Positions 46,683 through 59,300 of a DNA stretch of 64,000 nt are shown piece by piece (position 1 is the stretch's first letter; each line of letters begins with the position of its first letter). The position numbers and the translations under genes were made by a program. Origin of the DNA: Trichosphaerium sp. ATCC 40318 (lineage: Eukaryota; Protista; Tubulinea); NCBI GenBank assembly GCA_038496445.1, contig JALMLS010000311.1:126499-190498 (forward strand), written 5' to 3'. The notes under the pieces are model-generated. The model did not search any database. It saw only the letters and a program-made list of their open reading frames with translations, and was not told the DNA's origin.

Positions 46683-47434
46683 ATGAAAACTATTGGGATT
46701 ATCGGAGGCATGAGCTGGGAATCCTCGTTGAAATACTACAAGATTATTAACGAAACAGTGAAAGAAAAGCTCGGTGGAACACACTCTGCTAAGAGTATAA
46801 TGTACTCGGTTGATTTCGCAGAAGTAGAAGAGCTACAAAACAAAGGAAATTGGAAAGAAATGGAAAAAATAATGGTAGACGCTGGAAAAGCTCTGGAGAG
46901 CGCAGGAGCCGATGTAGTCGTTATTGCAACAAATACTATGCATAAGCTTGTCAAGGCAATGGAAAAAGAGATAACAATACCTATACTACACATAGCTGAT
47001 CCAACAGGTGAAGCTATTAAGAAAAAAAGCTTAAAGAAGATTATTTTATTGGGTACCAAGTTCACAATGGAAGAAGATTTTTACAAGGAGAGACTTGTAG
47101 ATATCTTTGGATTAGATGTCATTATACCTTGCTTGGAAGATAGAGATGTAGTTCATAGAGTACGTGCAACTCACTATTGAGAAGAAGAAAGCTTATTTTT
47201 ATCCTTAAGGTTATTTACAATGAGCTTGTTGTTGGTAAAATAACTGTGGATTCTAAGAATAACTATGTGGATATTATTGAACGTCTCGCAAAGAAAGGTG
47301 CTCAAGGCGTCATTCTCGGTTGTACAGAGATTGGATTATTAGTTGCTCAAGAAGATGTCAGCATACCTGTATTTGATACTACAATTTTACATGCAAAAGC
47401 GGCTGTAGAGTTTGCGTGTAACGAAGCAAAATAA
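46683..47434 (+). CDS. ygeA: PLP-independent aspartate/glutamate (amino-acid) racemase, YgeA/RacX type; one intron at 47160-47209
   Basis: MKTIGIIGGMSWESS...LGGTHSAK...IATNTMHK...LHIAD...LLGTKFTME...VIYNEL...ILGCTEIGLL...PVFDTT matches the bacterial family along its length. Confidence 0.92.
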
Positions 47435-47462
47435 ATATAAAATCATGTGTTTTTTTCACGAT

Positions 47463-49525
47463 TTATTGACTGATATCAATACTTGTATTGCTACCCGCTA
47501 ACCAACAATAAATACATTATGTGAATCAGATCCTACAAGTAATTTGTATGATTTTGGATGCCAAACCGCTTCATTGATATAGTCATTGTCCACTACATTG
47601 AAAACTTAGCAAAAGAAAACAAATGACATTTGGGGTTTTTTCCAAATCTTGGTAACAAAGTACGTACATTGTAGTGTATGTACAACACATTGATGGTATT
47701 TATGAATAAAGAATAACTTTCCTGTAGTACAACCAGTGACTATGAATTTACCATCACTTGAAACACTTGGTTTCAGCATGCAAACACTTTTTTTTGTATT
47801 CTCCATATATTTTCCTGTTGAGAAGCATAAGAAATCACTTGGGCGACAAATTATTTAAAACAAGTACCCAATGCTCCAGAGTATATTGAAAACACAATTG
47901 ATGATGTATCAATATCATACAGTGTTGTTATGACAGGTAAATCGAGATGTTGATCAGTACCTTTAGTTTTCTTACACCAACTAAGAAAACAGGTTAGATA
48001 TTGTAATCAAGTCTTATACGTTTATGCTCTTTGTGATTAGCATACTTTATTACAAGTTGCTTTGAGTCTGGTGTAAACGAACACCCAGATGGCATTCCAT
48101 CAAGATCTATTTTGCAACGCGATTGTACAACTCTACAGTCGGATAACCAGTCTTTTAAATTATATACAACAATAGAACTATTTTTCTTTCTTCTCATTGA
48201 CATCAACGCTTAAGCAAGTAAAGTAAACTTAACTGTTAAATACAGAAACAAGTTGTAAATTGTACCAAGAGTGGTGCCATCTGGAGATACATTCTTGTGG
48301 GTACGTTTTGTATTACCAATACCTTTAAATTTCTTCTCATAACTGTATGTGCGTGTTTCAACATTATACAAGTCCATATGGTTTTTGCTATTGTCTACCT
48401 CTAAATACCACATGTGAGTAAAACAATAAATTATGTCAAAAAGTGTATAAAAAAGTGACAACAAAAAATTGTTTGCTACAGCCATAAGGCAGTCAAACAG
48501 TACCGTGAATAATACGTGTGTTGTCAAACCATGCAAACTCTAGTATAGGCGTTGGTGGGTTATTAAATGACCCATCACAAGGTGAATAGAGAGGTAACTT
48601 TACCTACAAAAAAAAAACAGAGCATTAGGCATAAAAACTCTTTTTTTCTTGGTTATGTACATTGTTTGTGCTTTGATTATTATTGAACTTTAATACCCGA
48701 ATATGATTTTTGTCATTAAATAATAACCCAAGATACTTTCCATCAGGTGACCATCTGTGACAATAATGGTCTGAAGTGCAAAAACTTCGTGAATAGAACT
48801 TGCTAAATGTTGTATTGAAAGGATTGGAGATTTCTTCAGGGGAACACACTTGAACATGACATTGTCCAGTAAAGCAAACTTTATCATCGCTGGAAGAAGG
48901 TCTCCAAGAGCAACACCATACCTATCAAGTTTCTTAGAAAATAGTATCAATGAGCTAAAAGTGCTAGTTTGCACCTATGTAACCACGTGGTTACAACATG
49001 AATGCAGCGGTGTCGAATTTTTGAAAAACATTTTCTCAGGTGCATGTCTTTAATGGCGAAAACGTACTTCATCGCCAGCATCACCACTGTGTAACTTTGT
49101 AAACCGTTTTATGCACAATACTTTTGACAACTCCTTTACAGTACAACAGTAAAAACGAGAACTGCTATTCGGCTTTTTAACGCACAATACGCCAATTGTC
49201 TGATGTTGGAGTGATATCACAGTCAATAGAAACGATTTCAAGGTATTTTTTCTAAAAGGCGTCAGATTTAAACAACAATGATTACAAACCTTCCAAAGCA
49301 TCTCAAAACGTGATACGCTTGACCAGTAGCTAAATTCAAACTTAAACTAACTTTAATAGTGTCAACCATACGAGCAAACCCTTGCAATTGATGGCAAATC
49401 ATATAAATTAGCGTGCTAAAGCGTAACTTTAGACGAATAACCTCAAAGAATAAAGCTATTACCAAAAAACACTCCAACAAACACTCAACAGGTAGTATTG
49501 ATATATTCTCCGCCATCAAAGCCAT
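47463..49525 (-). CDS. F-box/WD40-repeat protein
   Basis: N-terminal F-box-like ISILPVECLLECF; WD-like repeats LHSGDAGDE|VWCCSWRP, WSPDGKYL, VSPDGTTL, FTPDSKQL, VSSDGKFIVTG and INEAVWHPK. Confidence 0.72.
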
Positions 49526-49819
49526 GTCACTTTGTCTTTTCTCTTTGGCGTTGTCCCAGTTCCGAATTAGCATTTGCGATTTTAGTCGGCTAGTAAAAAA
49601 AGGTCAGAGTTTTTCCTTAATTTTCTGAGCTGGTTTTCGTTGGTCCCAAAAACTTAACGGCTAAAAGGCAAAGCCGTTTAGCGACCACCTCTGAAACAAC
49701 TAGTAGTAAAACTTCTTATTGCCTTTACAGCTATTATTGTACAAATAAAAAAGTATACAATACAGTACATGAAAACAATATTTATACAAGGCGAAGTTTT
49801 TACAAGGTTGGAAAGTACA

Positions 49820-50856
49820 TTATTCTTTTGTAGCGGATTGCTGCTTCTTCTTCTTCTTTGGGCGTTCTCCACTGTCTCCTTCTTCTTCTCGCTTACGTTT
49901 AGAGCTTTCCGTAGAATCTGAACTTTGAGTTCGTTTACGATTAGCTTTGTAAAAGTCGACAAGCTTTTTAAATGTTGCCTTCGGCACAACAGTTACCTGT
50001 TCTGCGTTGGCTACACTGTTGTGTTCCACAGTAAGATGGAGGAGGCATTCTACAAAGGAACTCAGTAATAACAGGAACATATTCCGTACCATGACGTGAG
50101 TGGAGCTGAGCCTGAAATGGATAACCCATAAGGTCCATACACTCCTCAACTCTGATAATGGTTCTTTTAAGAAATAAATCAAAGTTAGGAATACTGTCTA
50201 TATGAGTTACGTCATTGCGTCTCTTAATAATGTAAATTATGTTCTCCAAGAACAACTCAGCTTCTCCACGAGACAATTTTATAAGTGAGCAAAAGTTGCT
50301 CCAGTTATGGTCGTTGTCGAAGAAAGGCCTCCATTTGGGAAGCTCTAGTATTTCAACGCAGCCCTCCCATTGGATTTTATACCCCTCACCTTTTACTACC
50401 CTGCGTATCGTGTCGCAGAGTTCTTCTAACACAGAGTGAAATCTGTACGTATTCAACCCCCCTACGGCGTCTATGTCGCCTTTTTTTAGGTTGCCTTGGT
50501 TGTTTGGAGTCGGACGCCGGTATGGTAGACGACTTAAAAAAAATTAGAGAAAAAAACCACTTTAACTTGTCAAACAATAATTGACGTAAAAAGTTTCTGG
50601 CGTACCGCGCGGTTGTAGGGCGCTTTACCTGCCGTCGCGGCTCACAGAACTCTCTTACTGGCCTGCGATTGTTCACTTGTTCGCTACTCGGCTGTTGAGT
50701 AACTACGTAAGTTAGTACAAACAACTGTACGATGGAGGGCGTACATGATATAGAAGGCCTGTGTTCATCAATCGAAGATCCTACAAAGCAGTTAACCGTT
50801 AACGCACGTGCTAATTTATTACCTCCAGAAGTTTGCGTTTTAGGTTGTTGAGACAT
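49820..50856 (-). CDS. Hypothetical protein with basic NLS-like C-terminus
   Basis: GT-AG introns join the overlapping ORF-track fragments into MSQQPKTQ...LNTYRFHSVLEELC...RT|ANRKRTQ...PKKKKKQQSATKE*. Confidence 0.55.
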
Positions 50857-51404
50857 AGCTTTCTTTTGTTTTAATTTACTGCTACAAGTTTTTCGTATTG
50901 GAGTTGTACTTGTTGTTGAACACCAAGTCAACCATATTCTTGTAGCCGAAAGCATTGCTGATAGGCTTGTGCATGGGATAATTACTCCTCGGCGCGTCAT
51001 TGTTGCGTACAATGTGTTAATACCCTGTATTAAAAAAAACTACAGAATGCTCCAATGATCTCAGTTTCAAGCGCCAGAACAATATCCTGATCGTTTATAA
51101 TACTATATCCGTGAGCAACAACGTCCTTTTATAGCGTTTAGGTGCTCGTAACAAATGCAATTGATAATAGTATCAATCACAACCTCCAGAAATTTGATTG
51201 ATTTTTGTACTTTAGTAAAAAAGTTGATCGTATTCCAAGCTGTTTTGGTTTGTAAAACCGTATAGCTTTAACTCTATCGCTCATGTTTAAATTATGAAGC
51301 TGACCAGGTTGGATAATCGGTTTATAGCCTGGTTAGAAGAATGTTACAAATGTGCTACGGAAATCAAACTGTTACGTTCAATGAAAGCAATACCACTATG
51401 TTTA

Positions 51405-51575
51405 ATGCAAATCTTCGTAAAGACTCTAGGAGTCAAGATAATCAGTCTAGAGGTTGAGCAATCCGATAACATCTACAACATCCAACAAAAGATTCAAGAC
51501 AAAGAAGGTAATCCGCCTGATCAACAACGCCTTGTCTTCGCTGGTAGACAACTAGGAGATTGCTGGTTTTCATAA
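51405..51575 (+). pseudogene. Degenerate, truncated ubiquitin copy
   Basis: [52 protein letters not shown] then a stop. It has many substitutions relative to ubiquitin and lacks the C-terminal LRGG. Confidence 0.75.
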
Positions 51576-51737
51576 CAAAGGGCATAACTGTCTAAAACAC
51601 TGTAGCTAGCCATGGAACAAGGCCTGGTGATGAATGCTGAGCTTACAATACAAGATTCGTCCAATAAATACAAGCATTGTTCATGACTATAAGCGCAACT
51701 GTAACAAACCTAACAGTTCAAAATTCAGTTTTATTGT

Positions 51738-53093
51738 TTAGTATCTGTCAACTTCATCCTTTTCGTCTTGTTCTTCTTGTGGTACACGTTTTCTTAAAAG
51801 ATTCTCAAGATGTACTCGATACATTTCAAGTGTTTTGATAGGAGAATCCCAAGGTACACGAATCTCTCTCCATACATCTGACGTTTTTTCCAAGCCCATC
51901 ACATCCATACCTTCATAATGTGTTAATAGTTTATACGATAAAAAAAGCATGCTGATTTCATTTTGGGCGACCTTTAAACCCAAAAATCACGTGATGGCCA
52001 CTAAGAATGTTTTTAAAAAAGCATCCACAAATCGCAACTACACGCTGTTTTTGAACAATGTTCTTTGATTCGAGGGTACAGTTGAATAATAGACACTACA
52101 TGTCTTACCTTTGCAGTCAAAGCCAGAAAAGTAAGCATCAATAAATTCTACGTCTGCATATTGCTTTACTAATGTTAATAACTCTTTTGCAAATGTGTCG
52201 TTCATGTCTGTAAGAAGTTTTCGGGAAACAGGAGCAATAGGATCTTGAGGAGCAGATTCATACTCATCAGGGAAAACTTGTTTCATTTGACCATTACTAG
52301 AACGGGACGTAAGTCGACATACGCGTGATTCTTTCTACAAATACATACCTTCTTAATAAGAGAACATCTCTAGCTTCCATTTCCAAGAAAGCAACATCAT
52401 CCTTTAGTTCTTTGAGTTTATTTTTACTACCCTCTTGATTTTCTTCAAATTTATCCAACACTTTTTCAATTTCTTTATCATCCTTCAATTCTCTTACTTT
52501 ACCCGTTACTGTTACACGCGTAAGTGGGAGAGTTTCAGGATCTCTTCCTTTAGGAGGTAATTGTGTAACCTACAGCCAAACGTTAGTCGCTAAATCCAAA
52601 AAAAGATGACAATTCAGTGAAACTTGAGTGTCAAACTCGTACAACTAAATTACTCATTTTGACATCTGCCAAATGCTTGTAATGTGGTGAATCTTTCTTT
52701 ATGGAAATAAATGGATGGCATTTGTTCATATCAACCAGTGTGTAGGGCACAAACGAGGAGTACATTGGCCCTTCATTGCCTTGTTCGGCGTCTTTTATGT
52801 TTTGCAGTGTTACTGTGGTATAAACACCTGCCATACGCGCTTGAAGCATTGCTTTGGCCTTGTCAGCTACAGCTAAGTTGTATTTGGCAAATTCTGTTTC
52901 ATTAATAGGTTGGGCTTCGCTATCTTCGTGTTCAATGCCAACTTGAAGGGGTGGTCTGTTAATATAACTAAGAGAGGTCACAGAACTTACTGAAAGAATC
53001 GCTACCGCCTTCATCTACCTCACAGTATTGACGAACGATCCTACGAGCTTGATAGAAGTTAGTATACGCCATGAACGCCTGTATTTGTACCAT
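51738..53093 (-). CDS. Pyridoxamine-5'-phosphate oxidase-like split-barrel protein (HugZ/CREG-like)
   Basis: ADKAKAML...MYSSFVPY...PFISI...SPHYKHL...RVTVTGKV and later FSGFDCKG...WREIRVPWDSPI follow the family pattern. Confidence 0.6.
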
Positions 53094-53341
53094 TTACGCG
53101 TTTTACGTGTGATTTAATTGAAATAGTGCCTTTTGGGCGCATGACGCTCGATGGTGTCCTTTTAACCGTTAGAGAGTGCTATCCGAAATAATTTGTACAA
53201 AGATGTGCCACCATGTCGCAAACTCAGTGTGTATAACTTGTTTAGCATCGTCTTGCTTATACTGTTACAAACAACTCTTGAAATGGCAGTCGCGCTTAGT
53301 CCTCGTAAAACAGGCCTACCAGCGTAGCAACTACAGACAGA

Positions 53342-56300
53342 ATGCGATTTACTATCGCTTTTCTTGTATTATTTGTGATATCCTCGTACCTTAGGTTGAC
53401 TTATATTATAAATGCACTTAATAAACAGAATATTTCTACAATTACGACTTACGTTTGATCTGGATATTACAGTGGACGACACGACCTGGATTTAACTTAC
53501 GCTAATATTCTCCGCCGGTTCGACGCATAATATTTTTCCTTCACGTTACACGCTCATATTGGTGGCGGAGAGGGATATATAGCAAACAGGCGATAAAACA
53601 TTAAAACACGTGTTGTAAAGCAAAGGATTGCTTAAAAAGGCCAAAATCCTAGTGGGCTGGAGATAAAGCCCTCTATTACAGCTACGTACCTGTCCAAATT
53701 AACAAACGAATATTCTATTTCTCTTTTAAAAAAAAAATGTCTCAAAACACTGAAGATCGTTTAAAACAACTCGAATCACGCTTTAATTCGTTGGAAGGGT
53801 TTTTACGCGAAAGATTGGCACCAGCAACACCTGCTCGCAGTATACCATTACACCGATCATCCACGCCATACCAGACGCCTACTACGAGAATCTCATTACA
53901 AACTCCTGGCTCTCCATATATTCCTGTCCCAACTACCCAAACGACAGCAATGCCTAGACCTTACAACGACAGAACTTTGCGAGTTATTACGGATCAATCC
54001 CAACTCAACACCCAAATCGAAAATTTGGCCATTTCTACCGAAACGCAAGAGCGTATCAAACAAAGTATTCAGGAACAATTAAAGAAGCTGGACATACCAC
54101 TACAGATTAGCGACATTAGCAAACACGTTGAAGAAGTCATTGGCCTCGCTGTTTCTGTAGCTGCTGAAGAGATCGCCGACAAACTAAAAGAAGAAATATA
54201 TGATATTTTAGAAGACAATACCAAAGACGAGACTATATCACTTCCTACAACAACTCCAACATCTGATAAAACTCCTCCACCACCACCAAATAAACCAAGT
54301 ACTGGTGGTACAGCTACAATACCACCATCAACATACAAGCCAGCTAGAATTTCTCTTTCGAAACCTCCTCCGACATTTCAAAATTTTGATCCTGATGCAT
54401 CAGCGCAAGGACAGCTCATATCTCTCCTCTCCGTTCTCTTGCCTTTATTCAACGCTCAAAACGTGGTACAAGACATTGTAAAACCTTTTGACGGTACTCC
54501 AAGCCGTGTTAGGTTATTCGGACATCAACTACAACAATACAACGCCAGTACAAATATTTCAGATTCGGCATTATCAAGTTTTATGATTAACAAGTTAAAG
54601 GGCACAGCTGAAAAATGGTATGAGAACAACTATAACGGAGTAGCTGAATTACCACACCCGCAAGCGCTGTTGGATCACATCATTACAGAGTTTGAAGGAA
54701 AGTACGATTACGATGAAGTCATGAGAAATTACCGAGATTTCTCTCAAGGAGAAGATATTTCTTTCAACGATTATTATCAAGAAAAGATGCTATTGGCTAA
54801 ACACGCTGGAGTCAATCCTCACGGAAAAGGATTTTATGACGAATTATTGGCAAAGATGAAAGACTCTTTACGAACCGCTGTTATCAATCAAGGAGAACCT
54901 ACGGACAACAATGTCACCGAATTATTACAGATAGCAGAAAAAGAAGAATTGAAGGCAAAAAGAATCGAACGATACAAGAAAACTACAAAGAAGGCAACTA
55001 CAAAGAATACTTCCACACCTTCAAAGACGACTCCAAGAACCCAGAAATATACAAAGGAAGAATGGGAGAAGCGCTTATTAGATAAAACCCAAAAACCGAA
55101 TGAAGGCAGGTGGATTTGGTGTAATCATCACGCGAAATGGGGACGTCACAAAGAAGAAAAATGTATGTTAAACAAAACAACAGTGAGAACCAACGCTTCA
55201 ACACCAACGCCTCAACCGGTTGTACAACAACCAGGAACACCGATGCCAAGTTATTGGCCTCACTATCAATCAGTACAGTATCAACAACCTCCGTCAAACA
55301 TGTCAATGCCAACTGGTCCTTCCCCCGTATCTACAGTACCTTCTCCTAGTGCTCCAGCACAATCTCCTTTGAATACTCAACCTCTACCCTCGACTCAGAT
55401 GCATGTGCTGCCTCCTTATTTCTCGTATCCAATGGCAAGCCAATTTCCAGCGCCAAATGCCAACAGTAACACTGTAAACCAAACTAGTTTAGATAAAACT
55501 TTTTCAGCTTATGTTGTCGTTCGTATTAATGGAAAATCAATCCTTGCTTTAGTAGATAGCGGTGCTTCACACACCCTAATTAGTTTAAAGGCTGCACATG
55601 ACATAGGACTGAGAACCTACAAACCATACAAGCTAAACTCAATGGCTGCCAACGGTAAGCCCTTACCTCTTATTGGTTATACAAAACAACCATTACAATT
55701 TGAATTTCCAATTTTTAAAACAAAATTCTCGCCATTAATAGCAAAGAACTTATCAGAACCAATGTTATTGGGCCGTGACTTTTTAGCTCAGACTGGAGCC
55801 TCTATAAACATTTCGAAAAAACTATTTTCTTTACCAAATGGTCAACATATCCCTTTAGTGGATGAACTTCCTCCTGAAACACAACTACGCTCTAGTTTAT
55901 GTCGTCTTACAAAAGATGTTACAATACCTCCTTTTTCTCCCGCTATTCTAGAAGTAAAAGCAAAACATTTTCGTCATGGTTCACAAGGCATAAATCAAGC
56001 CACCATACAATTTCTAAAAAAACACAAAGGTTTAAGCGGATCTCATACACTCACTATGCAAGAAGCAGATGGTCGCTTATTATATGAGGTTGTTAACGCT
56101 AGTCCTTCTTACATTACTCTAAATGCTAATGAAATTGTTTCCATTTTTGAACCTGTTACATCAACAAAACATGCTATTAGTGTTGATAGCCGTGAAGATG
56201 TCATACGTGTAAAAACTAATGCGTCAAATGCTGATTTTGAAAAAACACGTGAACACATCAAGGAAGCTATCAAATTTTTTAAAGACTTTAAACCTTCTTT

Positions 56301-59300
56301 ACAAGTTGCAAAACGTATACACAAATTATTTTCAAAACAATTAGAAAAAGCACAAGTTGATGATGAACAAAGAAAAATCCTTTTTAATCTGCTTTGTTTC
56401 TTTGAAACTGAATTCTCAGATGAGATTACTGAGGTGAATGATACTGCCGTCAAATTTGAAATTGATACTGGCAATGCTAAACCACTACATCAACCTCCAA
56501 GACGTTTTCCTCCTCACTATCACGAATTTATCAAAGATTTTATTAAAAAGTTTACTCGCCATGGTTTAATTCGACCATCTAAGTCGCCTTGGGCGGCACC
56601 TATTGTAATTGTTAAAAAGAAAGATGGCACTTTACGATTTTGTATAGATTATAGGTCTTTGAACTCAGTGACAAAGCGTGATGTATACCCACTCCCAAGG
56701 GTAGATGATGCATTAGACGCTCTCATAGGCTCAGTCTATTTCTCAATAATGGATGCTACCAGTGGGTTTCATCAGCTAAAGATAGCAAGAAACTCCATTG
56801 AGAAAACAGCCTTTATCGACAAATCTGGACTCTACGAATGGGTTGTAATGCCCATAATATTGGGTGTATCCAATGCACCTGCAACTTGGCAAAGGTACGT
56901 AAACCTAGTTCTTTCTGGTTTAAATTGGCAACATTGCCTTGTATATATTGACGACATTATCGTCTTTTCAAAAACTTTTGAGGAACATATTTATAGTTTG
57001 AAATTAGTTCTTGAACGTGTGCGACAACACAAAATTAAACTAAAACCAAAAAAATGTTCTTTCTTTTTACACGAAGTTGAGTACTTGGGGTTTTTGGTCT
57101 CTGAAGACGGCATAAGACCTCACCCTGATAAAATTGAAGCCATTGTTAAAATGAACGCTCCCTCTGATGTTTCTGGTGTTCGTTCCTTCCTAGGTATGGC
57201 CACTTACTATTCACGTTTTGTTCGAATGTTATCTGCTGCAGCATCGCCTCTGAGAGCACTATTAAAAAAAGGTGTAGACTTCTTCTGGGGACCTCACCAA
57301 GCTAAAGCTTTTAAAGATATTAAACAAGCGTTAACTTCTGCCCCTTGTTTAGCATATCCTAACTTTGAGAAGCCGTTTGAGTTACACACTGATGCGTGTA
57401 ATATTGGTATAGGTGCTACTCTAGTACAAAAAGATGATTTCGGTAATGAAAGAGTCATAGCTTATTATTCACGTGCTTTAAATATTCATGAGCAACGCTA
57501 TCATACTCATTTGCTGGAAGCATTAGCAGTAGTAGCTGCTTGTAAGAAATTTCGCGTCTACCTGTTGTACAAACCTTTTAAAATTTACACAGATCACATT
57601 GCACTGTTAAAATTTAAACGAACATCTCACCCGGATTCAAAAATGATCCGTTGGTCTATTTACCTTTCTGAATTTGACTTTACTATTATTCATCGTAAAG
57701 GTATTTTAAACTCTGACTCAGATGCTCTGTCAAGACATCCCATACGTCCTGTTGCTGTAAATTATGTCAATATCAATGGCATAGTACACCCTGTGGGTTT
57801 TATGCACAATTTCACTCCTATTTTACACCCTCGAAATTCTCAATTCTTTCCAGCATATGTGAACACTTGTAAAATCCCAAAGCAACCCCGTTTACGTTTA
57901 TTTTATTTACAACGACTTGACAAACAACTGTTGGAATATATTTACTTTATTCAAGCTCCAAAAGCGTTTAAAAACTACAAAAATATTAAAAAAATCATCG
58001 CTGCTACCAAAGGTATGTTTTTAGATGAGAGTGGTATCCTTTGTCGAAAGCGTACTCCACTACCACATGAAGAACAAACAATGAAGACTGTTATTGTAGT
58101 ACCTTCAAGTATGCAAAGCGAGATCATATCTGCCCACCATGATTCAGCCACTGCTGGTCACTTGGGCGTTACAAGAACATATAATAATGTTAAATTAAAA
58201 TACTATTGGGCCGGTTTAAAACGTGATATTGAACAACACATTCGGACTTGTGAAAAATGCCAAACTGGCAAGACCTCTAGGAGATTACCGCCAGGTGCTC
58301 CAATGCAAACAATTGAAGCAACGTTTCCGTTCCAAACTATTTCTATGGACTTGGTTGGTCCATTAACACGTACAATTAACAACCAAAACCGATGGATTCT
58401 AACCATCACTGACTATTATACACGCTATGCCATAGCTGTATGCCTACCAGATAAAAAGTCTAAAACTGTGGCTCGTGCCTTATTTGAAAATGTTGTGTGT
58501 ATATACGGTGCTCCCTCTATTGTTATTAGTGATCAAGGAGGAGAATTTGAAGGCATTGTAGAAGAGCTTTGTGACCTATGCAATGTTGATAAACGTACAA
58601 CTGTAGCATATCACCCTCAAGCGAATGGGTTAGTTGAGAGATTTAATCATACTTTAATACAAATGATAAAAATGTTTATTACTGACTATCAAACTGATTG
58701 GGACCAATATGTTCAATCATGCGTCTTTGCGTATAATACAACACAACACTCTGAATTGAAACAATCACCCTATTATTTAGTTTTTGGTCATCACGCTACT
58801 ACTCCCCTAGACCAAGCAATGGATTGCCTACCAAGACAAGGTGATCATACACTTGACTCATGGACTCGAAAAGTCTCCTTGGCTTTAAAGCGATCACGAT
58901 CATTGGCTGAAGAAGCTCGTTCAAATGCTTATTTACGACAGTCTAAAAGATATAACCAACGAAGAAGAAAAGAAATATATGCGGTTGGCGATTACGTACT
59001 CTTACTACGAAAACGAAAGATAGAATATGGATACACGCATAAATTTGTACACATGTGGGAAGGACCATTCAAAGTCATCAAGGTCCTCAACAAAGGCTTG
59101 GATTATCAACTGGCTTATTCAAATGGCGATATTGATGAAAAAGTATACAATGTAGATCGACTAAGACGATATCACAAACGAAAGAATGACATTTCAACAG
59201 ATGATAACAATCAAGACAAAGAAATTTTAGAAAATATACAAGATACACCTCCTATTCCTATTCCAGCATCAAGTGAACCTCAAGGAACTTTGGGACGACA

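Noticed and set aside
49820-50456. Overlapping ORFs suggesting a programmed frameshift
   Set aside because: Ordinary GT-AG introns join the frames.
53517-53528. GGTTCGA B-box/tRNA-like motif in the element's 5' UTR
   Set aside because: No cloverleaf or A-box can be built around it. No tRNA, rRNA or CRISPR array was found in the window.
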